A DNA stretch of 61,315 bases, filler included. It is 6 parts of 6 records of this genome, joined end to end, with 100 filler letters (N's around TTAATTAATTAA, not from the genome) between each part and the next. Parts side by side here need not be neighbours in the genome. Positions count along the whole stretch, not along the records: positions 13,144 to 31,522 come from SRR7504441_885; positions 31,623 to 39,945 come from SRR7504441_888; 4 more parts are not named here. One strand, given 5' to 3'. Shown piece by piece: positions 23,001-34,268 of this stretch; the stretch's first letter is position 1; each line of letters begins with the position of its first letter. The translations under genes and the position numbers were made by a program. The notes below the pieces were generated by a model that was given only the letters and a program-made list of their open reading frames with translations, did not search any database and was not told the DNA's origin.

Positions 23001-26000
23001 TGCTGGTGAAGCAGGCACGCGACCATAACCCAGAAACCATGGTGCGTCCGTGCTGCCCACCGCCTGCAGGGCTGACTTCATTGGCGCAGGTGGCAGCACT
23101 GGATCAGGTCATGGCTGAGCTGGCTCTCCCAGAGATTGCTGTCGCAGACAAGGCTCGGCTTGACCACATTGGGGCAATGATTGTAAATGCTGGAACACTT
23201 GTCAATCAGCGTGAGCTCCAGCTTCAAAGAGCTCTCGATGCAAGGGCGCACAAGCTGACGCACGCAATCATTAGCAAGCAGGGTGATCTTGATCTATGGG
23301 TTCCAACCATGACGCTCCTCACTGATGTCGTCCAGCGCGCTGAGGCTGCTCATGAGCAACATCACGAGGCAGTGGCGAGGCTAAATGAGATCGGCGCAGA
23401 CAGAGTCAAAGCTTCCAATCTCAAAGGTGGACGGGCAGACAGGGTTCTTGCTATTTTGAACCGCGAGGAGAAAGAGCTACAGAAGCAACTCCAGGAGATA
23501 CCTCAAGATGACGTGCTTCAGGAGGACACCGAGACAGCAATGGCTATGCTGAGAGGAATTCAAGAGAACAATATCCCTGTCCCTGCAGGCAGTGACTGCG
23601 ATGCAGAAGCTATCTCGTTGGCTCTTCGGCATGGTAGCCACGAGCTGTTGGAGCTTGTACTTGGGTCTGCGCGACCAGAGGCTAGGAACCAAGCCCTGGC
23701 ACACATTACGATGCAGATCTTGGACCAGAAGAACCCGCCTACTGTGGCAGCTCGTTCTTACCTGCTGGGAATTCTGCAGTCTTGCTTGCTGCACTGGGCT
23801 GATCCTACTGCACCTGCTGCCCAGCTTGGTAGTTCTGCACTGGCAGCTGCAGTTCAAGCTCGGGATGAGGACTGCCTTGGTGCTCTAGTAAGCAGCAGCG
23901 TGGGCGCCGCCCACCAGAACACTGTGATCGCACTATTTGAGCAGCTGGTTCAAGCGCGTGATGCGCATGGGGTGGCCAGTGGAGAATTTCAGATGCTGCA
24001 TAGAACCCTGCGCAAGGCGATCGATGGTACTTGGGTTAAGCAGACGATCCGCGATGAGAGTGGCTCTAAGAACATCAGCACAGCACTCGCAACCAAACTC
24101 TTGGCTCGCTCATGTGAAGACGGGCTCACTGAGCTTGCAGTGTTGCTTCTGGAACACGGTGCATCGCCATCTGGCGGCAGTAATTTATTGGACCAAATGC
24201 TGCTCAGCAGTCATCGTGATGACGATCCAAACGCACTAGAAGCAGCAGCAATAGTTGCAGAGCATCTTTTGAAGGCAGGTGCGGATCTAGACGCCGCAGA
24301 TGACCTTGGTCAGCGCCCTATCGAGGTGGCTCTTCAGATTGGGGCGTACAAGGTGGTGATGACTTTCCTGGAGTGGCCTTCCATTGATCTTTCGAAGGGT
24401 CACCTCATATACTCTCTAGTGCAAGATATGGACTCTGTCCCAACAGATACCGAAAAGTGGGAGCTGATGCAAGAAACTCTCGATAAATTGATAGAAGCAG
24501 GAGCTCCAGTGAACCAGCCTGGCCCTGAAGGGTATAACCCTGTCGATCTGGCCATCTGCCTGGGGGACGAGGACCTGGTTTGGCTGCTTGAGGTGGCTGG
24601 GGCCAACACACGGCTTGGCTTTCCTGTGCATGCTGCGCTGTCACAGCTCTCTTCACTCTCTTCAACACCAACTCCTGCAGCACCAGGTGGACTCCTATTC
24701 CCCCTCTGTTGAGTGCAACCTTAAGGCACATAACTGTAAATGCAAATGTTTAAAGCCATTGTCCGAATGTTGGGGCTTGTGACAGGTGAGAAGATTAAGA
24801 GCGCCTCGTTGGTTTTAGCCCTTGAGTTACTCGGCTGGGACCATGATGGATTTGTGGGCTCAGAAGAATTCCAAAGGTGTCTTGTGCAGGACTTGAGCCG
24901 AACACTTGATGTGCATCCTGCACGTGTTCATGTTGGTCAAGTGGATATACAGGAAGACTTTTTCGAAGTTCCATTCTCTGTAGCATCGGTAGAATCTTCT
25001 GGTGATGAGGTGGAGGAAGATGACAGACGAACACCCGAGGTGCTAAAGATGACCTTGATTGAGCTTCTGCTGAACCCCAAGGCAAAGGCCGCAAAAACTT
25101 TCTTCATGGGTGGAGTCACTAGTGGAGTACATATGGACCACACGATCAACTTGCTGCTTGGTCAACACCCTAGTTTCCTTGTGCGCAAAGTGCTCAAGCT
25201 GCTGCAGCACGGGGCTTCGGTTGGCAAGCCAGAGAGTGCAGAACACACGCCATTAATGCTGGCTGCAGTGTTAGGTCAAAGGGTGATTGCCAGAACAATT
25301 GTTACCAATGCGGGGAATCAACTTTCGATGGAGGATGCCACAGGAATGATGGAATTATGGCTGAAGAACCCTCTTGGCGATTCGCAGCTGGTGGACGAGC
25401 TGATTGGAGGGGTGATTGAGCAGGCAAAAGCCTCAATCGAGGAATTGCAGTCATTATTCACCCAGGCATGTAAAGCAGGCTTGCTCCACTCTTGCCAGCA
25501 GCTGCTTGCACGAGGAGTAGACCCGCAGGACGGGGATAATCTCAACACTGTCCTCATGATGCTGGGCAAATTTCCTCAGTTACCATACCCAGAGATTGCC
25601 AATGAGTTGCTGGAGCATGGTGTTGACCCGAATCGCGCTGGAGACAAAGGTCTCACTCCTCTGGAAGTGTGCCTGGGAGGTGGCAGCACCTGGCCTCACA
25701 GGAACACAAGTCAGATTGCGGCTGCAGGAACACTGGTCAAGCATGGCGCTGATTTCAACGATGAAACCTTTAGGCTAGCGCTTGCAAACTGGGATAATGC
25801 CACAGAAACTCATGTGGCTGCATCGCTCGAACATCTCATCACTGAAATGGTCGTACAAGGCGTCAACTATTTGATCTTCACAGAGGATGGACGCTCTGTA
25901 GCTGAGCTTGCTGTCGAGAAGCGAAGCTTGAACATCACGCGCGCTGTGTTGAAGGCTCAAATTAAGGTGTGGCAGAGTGCACAATCGGAGTCAGGCGCAT

Positions 26001-28822
26001 CGGGTGCCATGTTTGGATTCGGAAATCTCGATAGCGATCGCAGTGGGGCGGTGGAGCTTAGCGAACTGGTGGCACAGTTTGGTTCTACCCAAGCTCAGAC
26101 CTTACTCGCTACCCTGGACACAGACAAGAACAATCTAGTGTCCCAGAACGAATGGATGCGCATGATTACGAGACCATTCATGGAACTGTTGATTCAAGAG
26201 TGCCGTGGCAGTGTGCAATCTGGCTTCCAATTCGCCGGCCAGGGTGACAAATTAGATTTTGGAGCCGAACTTGCATCAGCACTGACAGAGTCGGGGGAGC
26301 CTGCGTTGCATCAATTGCTACGAGAGTGCGGATTGAGGGCGCATGAATACATCAAATCTCTACTCCAACACTCAATCACTCCTGGAGAGGAAGGTGCTCT
26401 CAACTGCACCATTGACATTCGAGTGTTGGATACACTTGCTCCTCGCCAGACGTTGCTGCAGACTGTCTCGAGCTTGGGACTGCGTGAGGTGGGCTAAAAG
26501 GATTGCGCCCTCGTTGAGCTGTTGCCTTGCAGGTGTGTGAGATGTTGCTCAATCTCGGCGCGTCTGCTGTCAAAGAAGACGATTTTGGCAATTCTGCTAT
26601 TAGTCTGGCTGTCGATGGAGGGCGCCATGATACATTCACACTACTTGCTGAAAAGCTGGAGGGGCATGCACTCCCAAGCGGCTTGATTCTCCGAGCTGCT
26701 ATGGCTGCAGATGCGAAAATGGTGCGGATGGTGCACTCTGCCAATGCATTGGTGGATGAGCGCGGAATTTTTGGCCGAACTGGGCTCCATGCATGTGCCC
26801 AGCCTGGTCGACTCGGTGGTGGACGCAATTTCTATCAAGTAATACCAGATTCCTTTAAAGTGAACTCACTGTGTGATCGACGCAGGTGTGTGACGAGGCA
26901 CAACTGGTGCAAGTTGCGCAGACTCTGCTCGATTTAGGGGCCACAGCAAACATGAAAGATGATGATAACGCGACTCCGTTGCTGCTTGCTCTACAATCTG
27001 GCTACATGCAGGTTTCAGCCTGTCGAATTTGTTGCATTACTTGTTATGTGCATGAGGCAAGATATGCTGAATTCATCTGTCGCAGGTTGCTCAATTGCTG
27101 ATCGAGTACGGAGCTGATCCCCTGATTGCCAATTCATCTGGTGTAAGCGCATTAACTCAAGCCATCACCTCGAACTGCCCGTCGGCCCTGATGGATCAAA
27201 TGCTCTTTCAATGTTCTAAGGCTGAGCTTGCAAGAGACGAACGAGCTATGGTGCTGGCAGTAGCTTGTGGAAACTCCTCTGTCCTTAAGCACCTGCTCAC
27301 AGTCAAGGGCTCTGGTGCTGGCCAGCAACTTTACTGTGGCTGGCCACTGGAATGGTGGGCTTGCTTCTACGGCCAAGTTGCTCTCGTCAGCGAGTTCATG
27401 GCGTCTCAAGGCGGCAACATCAGCTGGATTGATCCTACCAGTGGGCGAACTGTGCTACACTGGCTTGCATTGTGGCGTGCACCCAAACTGGCTTCGTCTC
27501 ATGCCAATTTGATTGCAAAGCTTGTTGCATCGAGTGCTGTGCCAGTTCATCAGGCAGATAGGTTTGGTAGGATTGCTTCGGAGCTAGCTTGTGATGCTGG
27601 AAACAGCGCAGCGTTGAGCGAGTTCCCAGCAGAGCAACAGCAAGCGCCATCTAAAAAACCCGGTGGCTGGTTCAGTGGTCCCCCAGTGGCTGCTTCGGCT
27701 GCTCCAGTGGCCACAGCATCGCCAACTCCAGACATGCTTCATATCGTGGCTTGTGAGGAGAGTGCAAGCTCTGAAGCAGCTGCTGAATATGCCGAGCAGA
27801 AGAGCTGCCTGATGTCAGACCCGGAGTTCCCGTCTGTGATTGACTCGCTTGCGCACTGCGATGTGCCTGCCGATCCACTTCTAGCCCGTGTGCAATGGTT
27901 AAGAGCTAGTCAGCTAGGAAACTGCTTGTTCAGTGGACAAGGCACAAATGGGGCGCTAGAGGTGGGTTTGACAGGGAAGTGCTGGTTCTGGTGTGCAGTG
28001 GCACAAATGGATCAAATGGTCATTCGTGGCATGTTTCAGAGCACAGCTGTCAATGCGCGAGGGTATTACAAGATTAAGTGCACGTGGGCTGGGGAAGAAC
28101 ATCTGGTAATAATTGACGATAGGATCCCATGCATTGATCAGCAACCAGCTTTTGGGCGGGTGGGTTCGCCTGATGAGATTTGGTCATTGCTTTTGTGCAA
28201 AGCTTATGCTAAGCTTGCTGGGTCTTACCAGCAGCTTTTCGAGCTGAGCACAGAGCTCATAAGTGAGTGGTCGCAGTCGCTTATACCAGCTCTGCTGAAA
28301 ACTGTTCACTTGGAAGATACTGTACAGGATGGTGGGGTGATGCAGCATAGGCTAATGGAGCAATCGCTGGCGCCTTTGCTTGGTCTGTCTCAGATGCTGG
28401 AAGCTAGATCACCCATGCTGGCTGACTCTAAGGGCAAGGTAGAGGCAGTGAAGTTAGCTAAGGAACTTGCGGGGGTGGTGATGGCAGCAGATGCGGGGAC
28501 ACGCCCATCCAGTCAGCCTCAGTTGTCGGCGCAGCTGCCACAGTTTGAGCTGAACTGCTCAGCCGCATGTGATTTAGCAGTTGTTGTGAACGGAAACGCT
28601 CCGCACGACCTCTACCTTACAGTCACAGGTGTGGATGGCAGCAGTGCAGGTAGGTTGGAGCTTGAAGACCTCCAGTCGGAGTCAGGGCAGAGTTTGGCGC
28701 TCACCACTTCTAAGAATCCATACACAGTTATTGCTCACACAGAGAGGCAATTGAGCGTGATGCCTGAGTTCTATCTTGACTTCCAAGGTTCCAAACAGAT
28801 CACGGTCGCCATGAAGCCATAG
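20057..28822 (+). CDS. Very large multi-exon EF-hand/ankyrin-repeat protein with C-terminal partial calpain (CysPc) domain
   Basis: EF-hands DADHDGALQLPE, DSDRSGAVELSE and DTDKNNLVSQNE; many ankyrin motifs (GRTGLHACA, ATPLLLALQSGY, GRTVLHWLA); calpain-like DPEFP...WLR...GKCWFW...IIDDRIPC...EIWSLLLCKAYAKLAGSY; ORF pieces join through about 7 introns. Confidence 0.75.
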
Positions 28823-29153
28823 TCAGCTTGAAATGGCGTGGAATGAACGCATTTAATATGTTATTGGCACCACTTGGCAGACCGCTTCAAAGTACTTGTT
28901 TGAATCAAAACCGACTAACATACCATGACAAAGACAACTGCCGTGTAGCTAATGTCTATATAGTAGCTAATGGACATCACTAGTCAATTAAAATTCATGA
29001 AACCATCGATATTACAGCTTCATGATCAAGTAAACAGTTAAAATTTTAAGTGAACGCGTCATCGATATGGACCATACACAATGTCATCACTACAGTACGT
29101 AGTCAATTAAAGATTCATCAACAGCTTCAAGTGGTACGCAAGCTTTATTTTGA

Positions 29154-30410
29154 TTATTGCAATTTTGTCCGCTTTTGTTGGTGCTGCATTGCTCCGTCTA
29201 CATTGAGCGCAGCTTTGACAAACACCTTGATCTTTGGAATGCCCTTTTCCCATGCCGGCGCCGAACACTCGAGCTTGGAGCACACCAGAGATTCATCTGG
29301 GTCGGCACACCGACAGAGCATGAACCTGCGCCCCAGCCGGCTGAGCGCTCAGTGTGGCCGGGTGGCAACCCCCAGTGCGTGTGACGAGCAGCAGCGTTGC
29401 CTGGGGGCATATTCCCGAGTGCGTCCAGTGTATTGCACAGCAGCACGCTCTCCTGCTCGTCTCGAAATAGCGTGGCCTCCCACTCCATCAGCAGCAGGTG
29501 CCGCGAGTCCAGTTGCACTGGCCCAGTCCCGACCAGCTCCTGCCTGCCCTTGGTGCGTGATCGGTGCCAGCAGGGCTTCTTGGTCGGCTGGGCCGGATCT
29601 GGTGGCTCCACCGTGTAATCCTCGTGGCAGAGCAATACCTGCTCCGAGACGCGCTCATACTCGGTCCATGGCAGGTTGGCGATCCCCATACCACCGTCGT
29701 TTGATGCCATCAGTTGGATATCGCCGCTGTCTGGCACAGGCATCACTACTCGGTAGCCAGTCTCGACAGCTTGACTGACGCTGCAGGCGTCGTATAGCCC
29801 CGTGAAGTTGATAAGTGAGATGAACTGCCTTGTCTCGGCCGGAACCACGTAAGTCTTACTCCCATTTTGGAACGTCCTGAGGTAGGGTATGGCTTGGCTG
29901 CACTCGGCATTATCAGAGCGAGGCTCGCACGCCCGGCCGCACCTGGTGTGCTCGAACATGCTCTCCGACGTGGCGAGCGTGCCCAGGATTTCACTAATTA
30001 GCACGTCAAATTCGTGCGGCTCGGGTGTGAAGCTGCCACGGGTACTGCCGGTGGACAGCTTGCCGCAGACCACCCGCCACTGCTTTTCGGGCTGGCCGGA
30101 GCGTCGAAGCGTCTGGCGGGCCACCGCAGCCATGTGTTTGTTCGTGTCCAGAGCGGTTACGTGTGCCGCCCCGTGCCGGAGCGCCATCACGCTGAGCATC
30201 CCCGTGCCGCAGCCCAGGTCCAGCACGCAGGGCGGCCTGCCCTCCTGCTGGACGAACTGGGCGATCACCAGCCGGATCGCCCGCTCGTACTGAGCCTGCC
30301 CCGCCCGCTCGGCCCGCACAGGCCCCAGCGGGCACATTCCGGTCAGCGTCATTGAGCATCGCGCTAAAGTACTTTGGGAAGCCCGCCTCCGCCGGCTCGT
30401 AGAGCACCAT
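29154..30410 (-). CDS. Protein arginine N-methyltransferase (PRMT7/9-like, single catalytic module)
   Basis: SAMLNDADRN|AQYERAI, VLDLGCGTGMLS, DVLISEILG...ES (double-E loop) and THW loop; introns 30296-30335, ~29895-29942 and ~29325-29368. Confidence 0.85.
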
Positions 30411-30868
30411 GCGTGTCCCAGCCGATGGGCTGGCCGAGCGCTGGTCGTTAGTTTTGCGGCGTTCTGGCGGCGTTGGAGGCGTTCTGTGAGAAACCGAGCT
30501 TCTCCGCCTTCCGGCTTGACCTGTAGCCGACAAGCGAGGACAGGTGATAGAGACTTTCATTTGACCAATTACTAATGTGCTAACAGCGCTACTATGCGCC
30601 CATGAGCTTAGAAAATAAATAAAACGGAGCTCGAGACAATTAACATTACTCCGAACCGATTACCACAAGCTTAACAATTACTATAAGTGATACATAACAA
30701 ATTATTTGTCACGCACCAGGACTCCGACCCTACTATGCACTCAGCTGCCGCTCGCCTGCCCACTCCGCCCTTCACCCTTCACAATCTCTCAAACAGAGCC
30801 GTCCACAGCTCCCCGCCCAGCGGCTCACCAGCCCGCATCGGCTCTCCCCGCCAATGCCTAGCTCCGGC

Positions 30869-31294
30869 TCAGCTAGTATCAAAGTAGTATCCGCCTTGCC
30901 CCGCCGCATGTCGCCCACCGGCGTCGTACATCGCCCTCCGCTGCTCGCCCGACTGCAGATCCACATTCTTCACCCGCGCCTCCGTCCTTTGGCACGACTG
31001 GGCATAACCGGACAGCCCCCCAGCAGCCCGGCGGCGGCTGACCACCGGCTCCTCCTTAGATGGTGCGGTCGCGGCGACGCTCGGTCGCACCATCGAAACG
31101 ATGGCGGCCGGCGCTTTTTGCGGCGGCTTGGTCGAATTGAGCGGCTCGGGCGCCCTGGCCGAGGAGGCCTGGACAGGCATGCGGGCCGGCGGCTCTGGCT
31201 CGTGATGGTGCAGGAAGTTCTCGCTGCTCTGGTAGGCAGACTGCGGGCCCATCCTCTTCGCGAAAACGCCCGGCTGCCAATCCGTGGTAGCCAT
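30869..31294 (-). CDS. Hypothetical protein, 141 aa
   Basis: ATG-initiated GC-rich ORF flanked by AT-rich spacers; no recognised domain. Confidence 0.5.
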   Translation of the reverse strand: MATTDWQPGVFAKRMGPQSAYQSSENFLHHHEPEPPARMPVQASSARAPEPLNSTKPPQKAPAAIVSMVRPSVAATAPSKEEPVVSRRRAAGGLSGYAQSCQRTEARVKNVDLQSGEQRRAMYDAGGRHAAGQGGYYFDTS

Positions 31295-31522
31295 TTCTTC
31301 TGCTGTTTCAAGATACTAATTTGGGATCCTTCTGGAACTCCGCTGACTCGTTGGATACTTATGCTTCAACGACCGGTGTAGACGATAACAAGCTTTCTTG
31401 TTGATCAAATCGCCTTGGTTGTACGTCGGATTCAACCAATTTATTTGATGATGAAAGTCTATATTTTCTTGTATGTAGAGGACATGTTAAAATCTAATAG
31501 CGGTAGGTGTCGGGCTTGTATG

Positions 31523-31622
31523 NNNNNNNNNNNNNNNNNNNNNNNNNNNNNNNNNNNNNNNNNNNNTTAATTAATTAANNNNNNNNNNNNNNNNNNNNNN
31601 NNNNNNNNNNNNNNNNNNNNNN
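31523..31622. other. Artificial contig-joining linker
   Basis: N-TTAATTAATTAA-N, 100 nt. Confidence 0.98.
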
Positions 31623-31865
31623 GGGGGGGGGGACAGGCTGAGCCGACCGAGGCCGAGATGGAAGCCGAGATCGAGGCCACCGACGGGATGCCCTCGACTA
31701 TCTAATGTACAGTGATACTTGATTTATAAAACGCCTTAAGAATAAAACCTCCATATGTGAGTGTGTGCGAGTTTCTCACATAGAAATTACCGAATCACGG
31801 GTCTCTCAAACATCAGAGCATATTGTGATCAATGCATATGCCCCAATCCATGAAACGCATTAAGC

Positions 31866-33110
31866 TCAGAACGGCGCGAGCTCGCCCTCCGCAGTGAACA
31901 AGTCCAGGCCCTCCTCGAGCACAGTCAGCCCAGGTTTATCACGGAGCAACTCCAGAGCAGCGGGGCTCACCCAGCACTCGGCCACCTGCAGAGTGTTCCG
32001 GATTCGCACCGCAACCACCGCATCCATCCCGCTCCCGGCCGCCCGGACCGCAGTGCGCCATGTGGCCGCGTCCGAGCCGCAAACCACTGGCAGCTTGCCG
32101 CGCTCGAGGTTGTTTGAGGTTATGATGTTGGTGGCCGTCGCCTCGAAATCAACCTGATCGAAGAATGCCTTGGGCACGCAGTCGGCCAGCCCCATCCCGC
32201 ACGCATTGCCGTGCGATTCGGGCGTGATGCTGTGGCAGGAAATGATGCGCACGTTAGGTTCCACAGGCTCCGGTGTCCCATGAGTGTACATCCTGCCGAT
32301 TACGTTAGTGTCCATCCCTGTCCCGGATATGTTTTTCCCAATCTCGTCCACAAGCAGCACGTCCATGTCCATCAACGGCAGCCGCGGCAGGCTGGCCCGG
32401 GCCATATCCAGCAGCTCCTTCTCGATGGTCGGAATCTCGCTCTCCCTCACCGCTCTGACCATTTGAGTCTCGTCGTACGCGTTCTCCACAACAGCCACAC
32501 CGGCCAGGATCTTGGCATGCTTGAGCTTCTGGAGCGCCACCCTGGGCATCCAGTCCCGCAGACCCTCCACCCCATCCCGCTTGTTCACCCGGTCGTGCAC
32601 CGCCTCGGCCCCGGCCCTGTTCCCCAGCCCGATCGTGATCATCTTCATCAGTCCAGATTCGTGCTCCCCGTGGAAATCCGTGTGCGGCTTGACTCGGTTG
32701 AGCACGATGATCCCGTCCGCCTGGCTCGCCTGCGCGTCCAGGTGCACCGCCATCGGAAGGTCACCTCGCGGCAGCTCCACCACCTCCATCGACGACTTGA
32801 TCTCACAGCCGACGGTCTCCTCGGTCACCCCGTACCCCGCGAGCAGCTCAAGCTGGCCCGCCGCGGTCCCCCCGCCGTGCGAACCCATCGCCGGCACCAG
32901 GAACGGCACACCACCCGCCTGCTGCACAAAGCGCACCGTCGCCGCCAGCAGGGCCGTCAGGTTGGCCAGCCCGCGAGACCCGGCGGTGATTGCAACGGTC
33001 TTGCCGGCGAGGTCGAGCTCCAACCGCCCGAGCTGCGCCGCCACCGCCCCCGGGACGTCCGGCTCCACCACCCGGTCGAACGTCTGCGCGACCCGCGCCC
33101 AGCCCGCCAT
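31866..33110 (-). CDS. Bacterial-type lactate racemase (LarA)-superfamily / DUF362-DUF2088 isomerase-like protein, 414 aa, intronless
   Basis: AITAGSRGLAN, PAMGSHGGGTAAGQ, NRVKPHTDF, ESGLMKMITIGLG, GKNISGTGMDTNVIGR and SHGNACGMGLAD, motifs I recognise from prokaryotic LarA-domain proteins. Confidence 0.8.
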   Translation of the reverse strand: MAGWARVAQTFDRVVEPDVPGAVAAQLGRLELDLAGKTVAITAGSRGLANLTALLAATVRFVQQAGGVPFLVPAMGSHGGGTAAGQLELLAGYGVTEETVGCEIKSSMEVVELPRGDLPMAVHLDAQASQADGIIVLNRVKPHTDFHGEHESGLMKMITIGLGNRAGAEAVHDRVNKRDGVEGLRDWMPRVALQKLKHAKILAGVAVVENAYDETQMVRAVRESEIPTIEKELLDMARASLPRLPLMDMDVLLVDEIGKNISGTGMDTNVIGRMYTHGTPEPVEPNVRIISCHSITPESHGNACGMGLADCVPKAFFDQVDFEATATNIITSNNLERGKLPVVCGSDAATWRTAVRAAGSGMDAVVAVRIRNTLQVAECWVSPAALELLRDKPGLTVLEEGLDLFTAEGELAPF

Positions 33111-33704
33111 GAGTAACGGAATAGCCCAGTGCCTCCACTGGGCTAGTGCATGGTGCCAGAGGCAGAGTCATAGGGCATGCCGTTCATGGCCTTGTTGCAT
33201 GTGGGCTGTACCAAAGATGCCAGCAATTGCCATGACGCCATCTGCATTTTGGGCTTATCTCAATTACCTCGGACGGCATGGAAACTCAACTCTTGAGACG
33301 TAAACGTAACCCTGCACCGCAAGAGCGAGCCGCCGCGAGCACCAAGCGGTGCGCATTGACCCGATGCAAGGGAAGAAGGTACTCACCAAGGCCAACCTAT
33401 GCAAGGAGATGTACGCCTTCCACTTCCTGTACTTGAAGTCAACAGAGTGCATGGTTGGGTTTCAGGGTATCAGGGTTTCAGAGAGCCTCGCGATCGACGG
33501 CAAACGACGAGATCGCCACAACAACACCGGGCTGGGTCTACGCTTGGTGTGGAGTAGTCACACCGAGGGCGAGGCATCTCCGCGCGCCGTCAAGCTTAGA
33601 GGAGGGCGCGAGGCATCCCAGGCCTGGCAAACCTACCGGCTGAGCTCCGGCGTCCCGTGCGCGTACCTGCAGAGTCCCGGCGCCCCAGGCCAGAGATCGG
33701 CGAA

Positions 33705-34199
33705 ATGCTGAGCCGTGTTAGGCAGTCTGCTGCCTCGCTCGGGCTGGCGCCGCGCGTGCTGGCGCGCTCGCTGGCCTTTGGGCTGGCGTTCGGCTGCTGC
33801 CCAGTGTACCTGCCCTGGCTGCCCACCGTGCTTCTGGCGGCCATGGCCCGGGGGCTCGGCCTGAGCGTGCCTGCGGCGCTGGTCGGGCTGCAGTTTGCCA
33901 CCCCGATCTTCCTGGTGCTGCTGGTGCCCTTCATCCGGGCCGGCGAGTACGTGAGCGGATCCCCAGCCATCGCGGTGGCTGAGCTGCTGTCGGCCATGCG
34001 GGAGGCTCCAGTCGACACCCTGCGACAGTTCAGCGGCCGACTGGGCTGCGCCGCGCTAGTGTGGGCGGCAGCGTTCCCAGTGATGGCGGCCGTGTTCTAT
34101 GCGTTGCTGCTTCCGGTTTGCCACCTGCTGCTTCCGACACAGGATGACAGTAGATCCGGCGCGGCCAGAGCCGAGCACAAGAAGCTGATCAACAAGTGA
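33705..34199 (+). CDS. DUF2062-family small membrane protein, 164 aa, intronless
   Basis: PRVLARSLAFGLAFGCCP...PTVLL...LSVPAALVGLQFATP...PFIRAGE pattern with hydrophobic helices. Confidence 0.75.
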   Translation: MLSRVRQSAASLGLAPRVLARSLAFGLAFGCCPVYLPWLPTVLLAAMARGLGLSVPAALVGLQFATPIFLVLLVPFIRAGEYVSGSPAIAVAELLSAMREAPVDTLRQFSGRLGCAALVWAAAFPVMAAVFYALLLPVCHLLLPTQDDSRSGAARAEHKKLINK

Positions 34200-34268
34200 C
34201 GGCTAGGCATGCTCAATAGTCAATAGTTCATATTTATTCAAACCCTACATTCTTTTACTACAAGTCGC

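Noticed and set aside
7436-28822. Apparent frameshifts and in-frame stops suggesting recoding, a variant genetic code or pseudogenes
   Set aside because: Each break examined is resolved by a short GT-AG or GC-AG intron; the standard code fits
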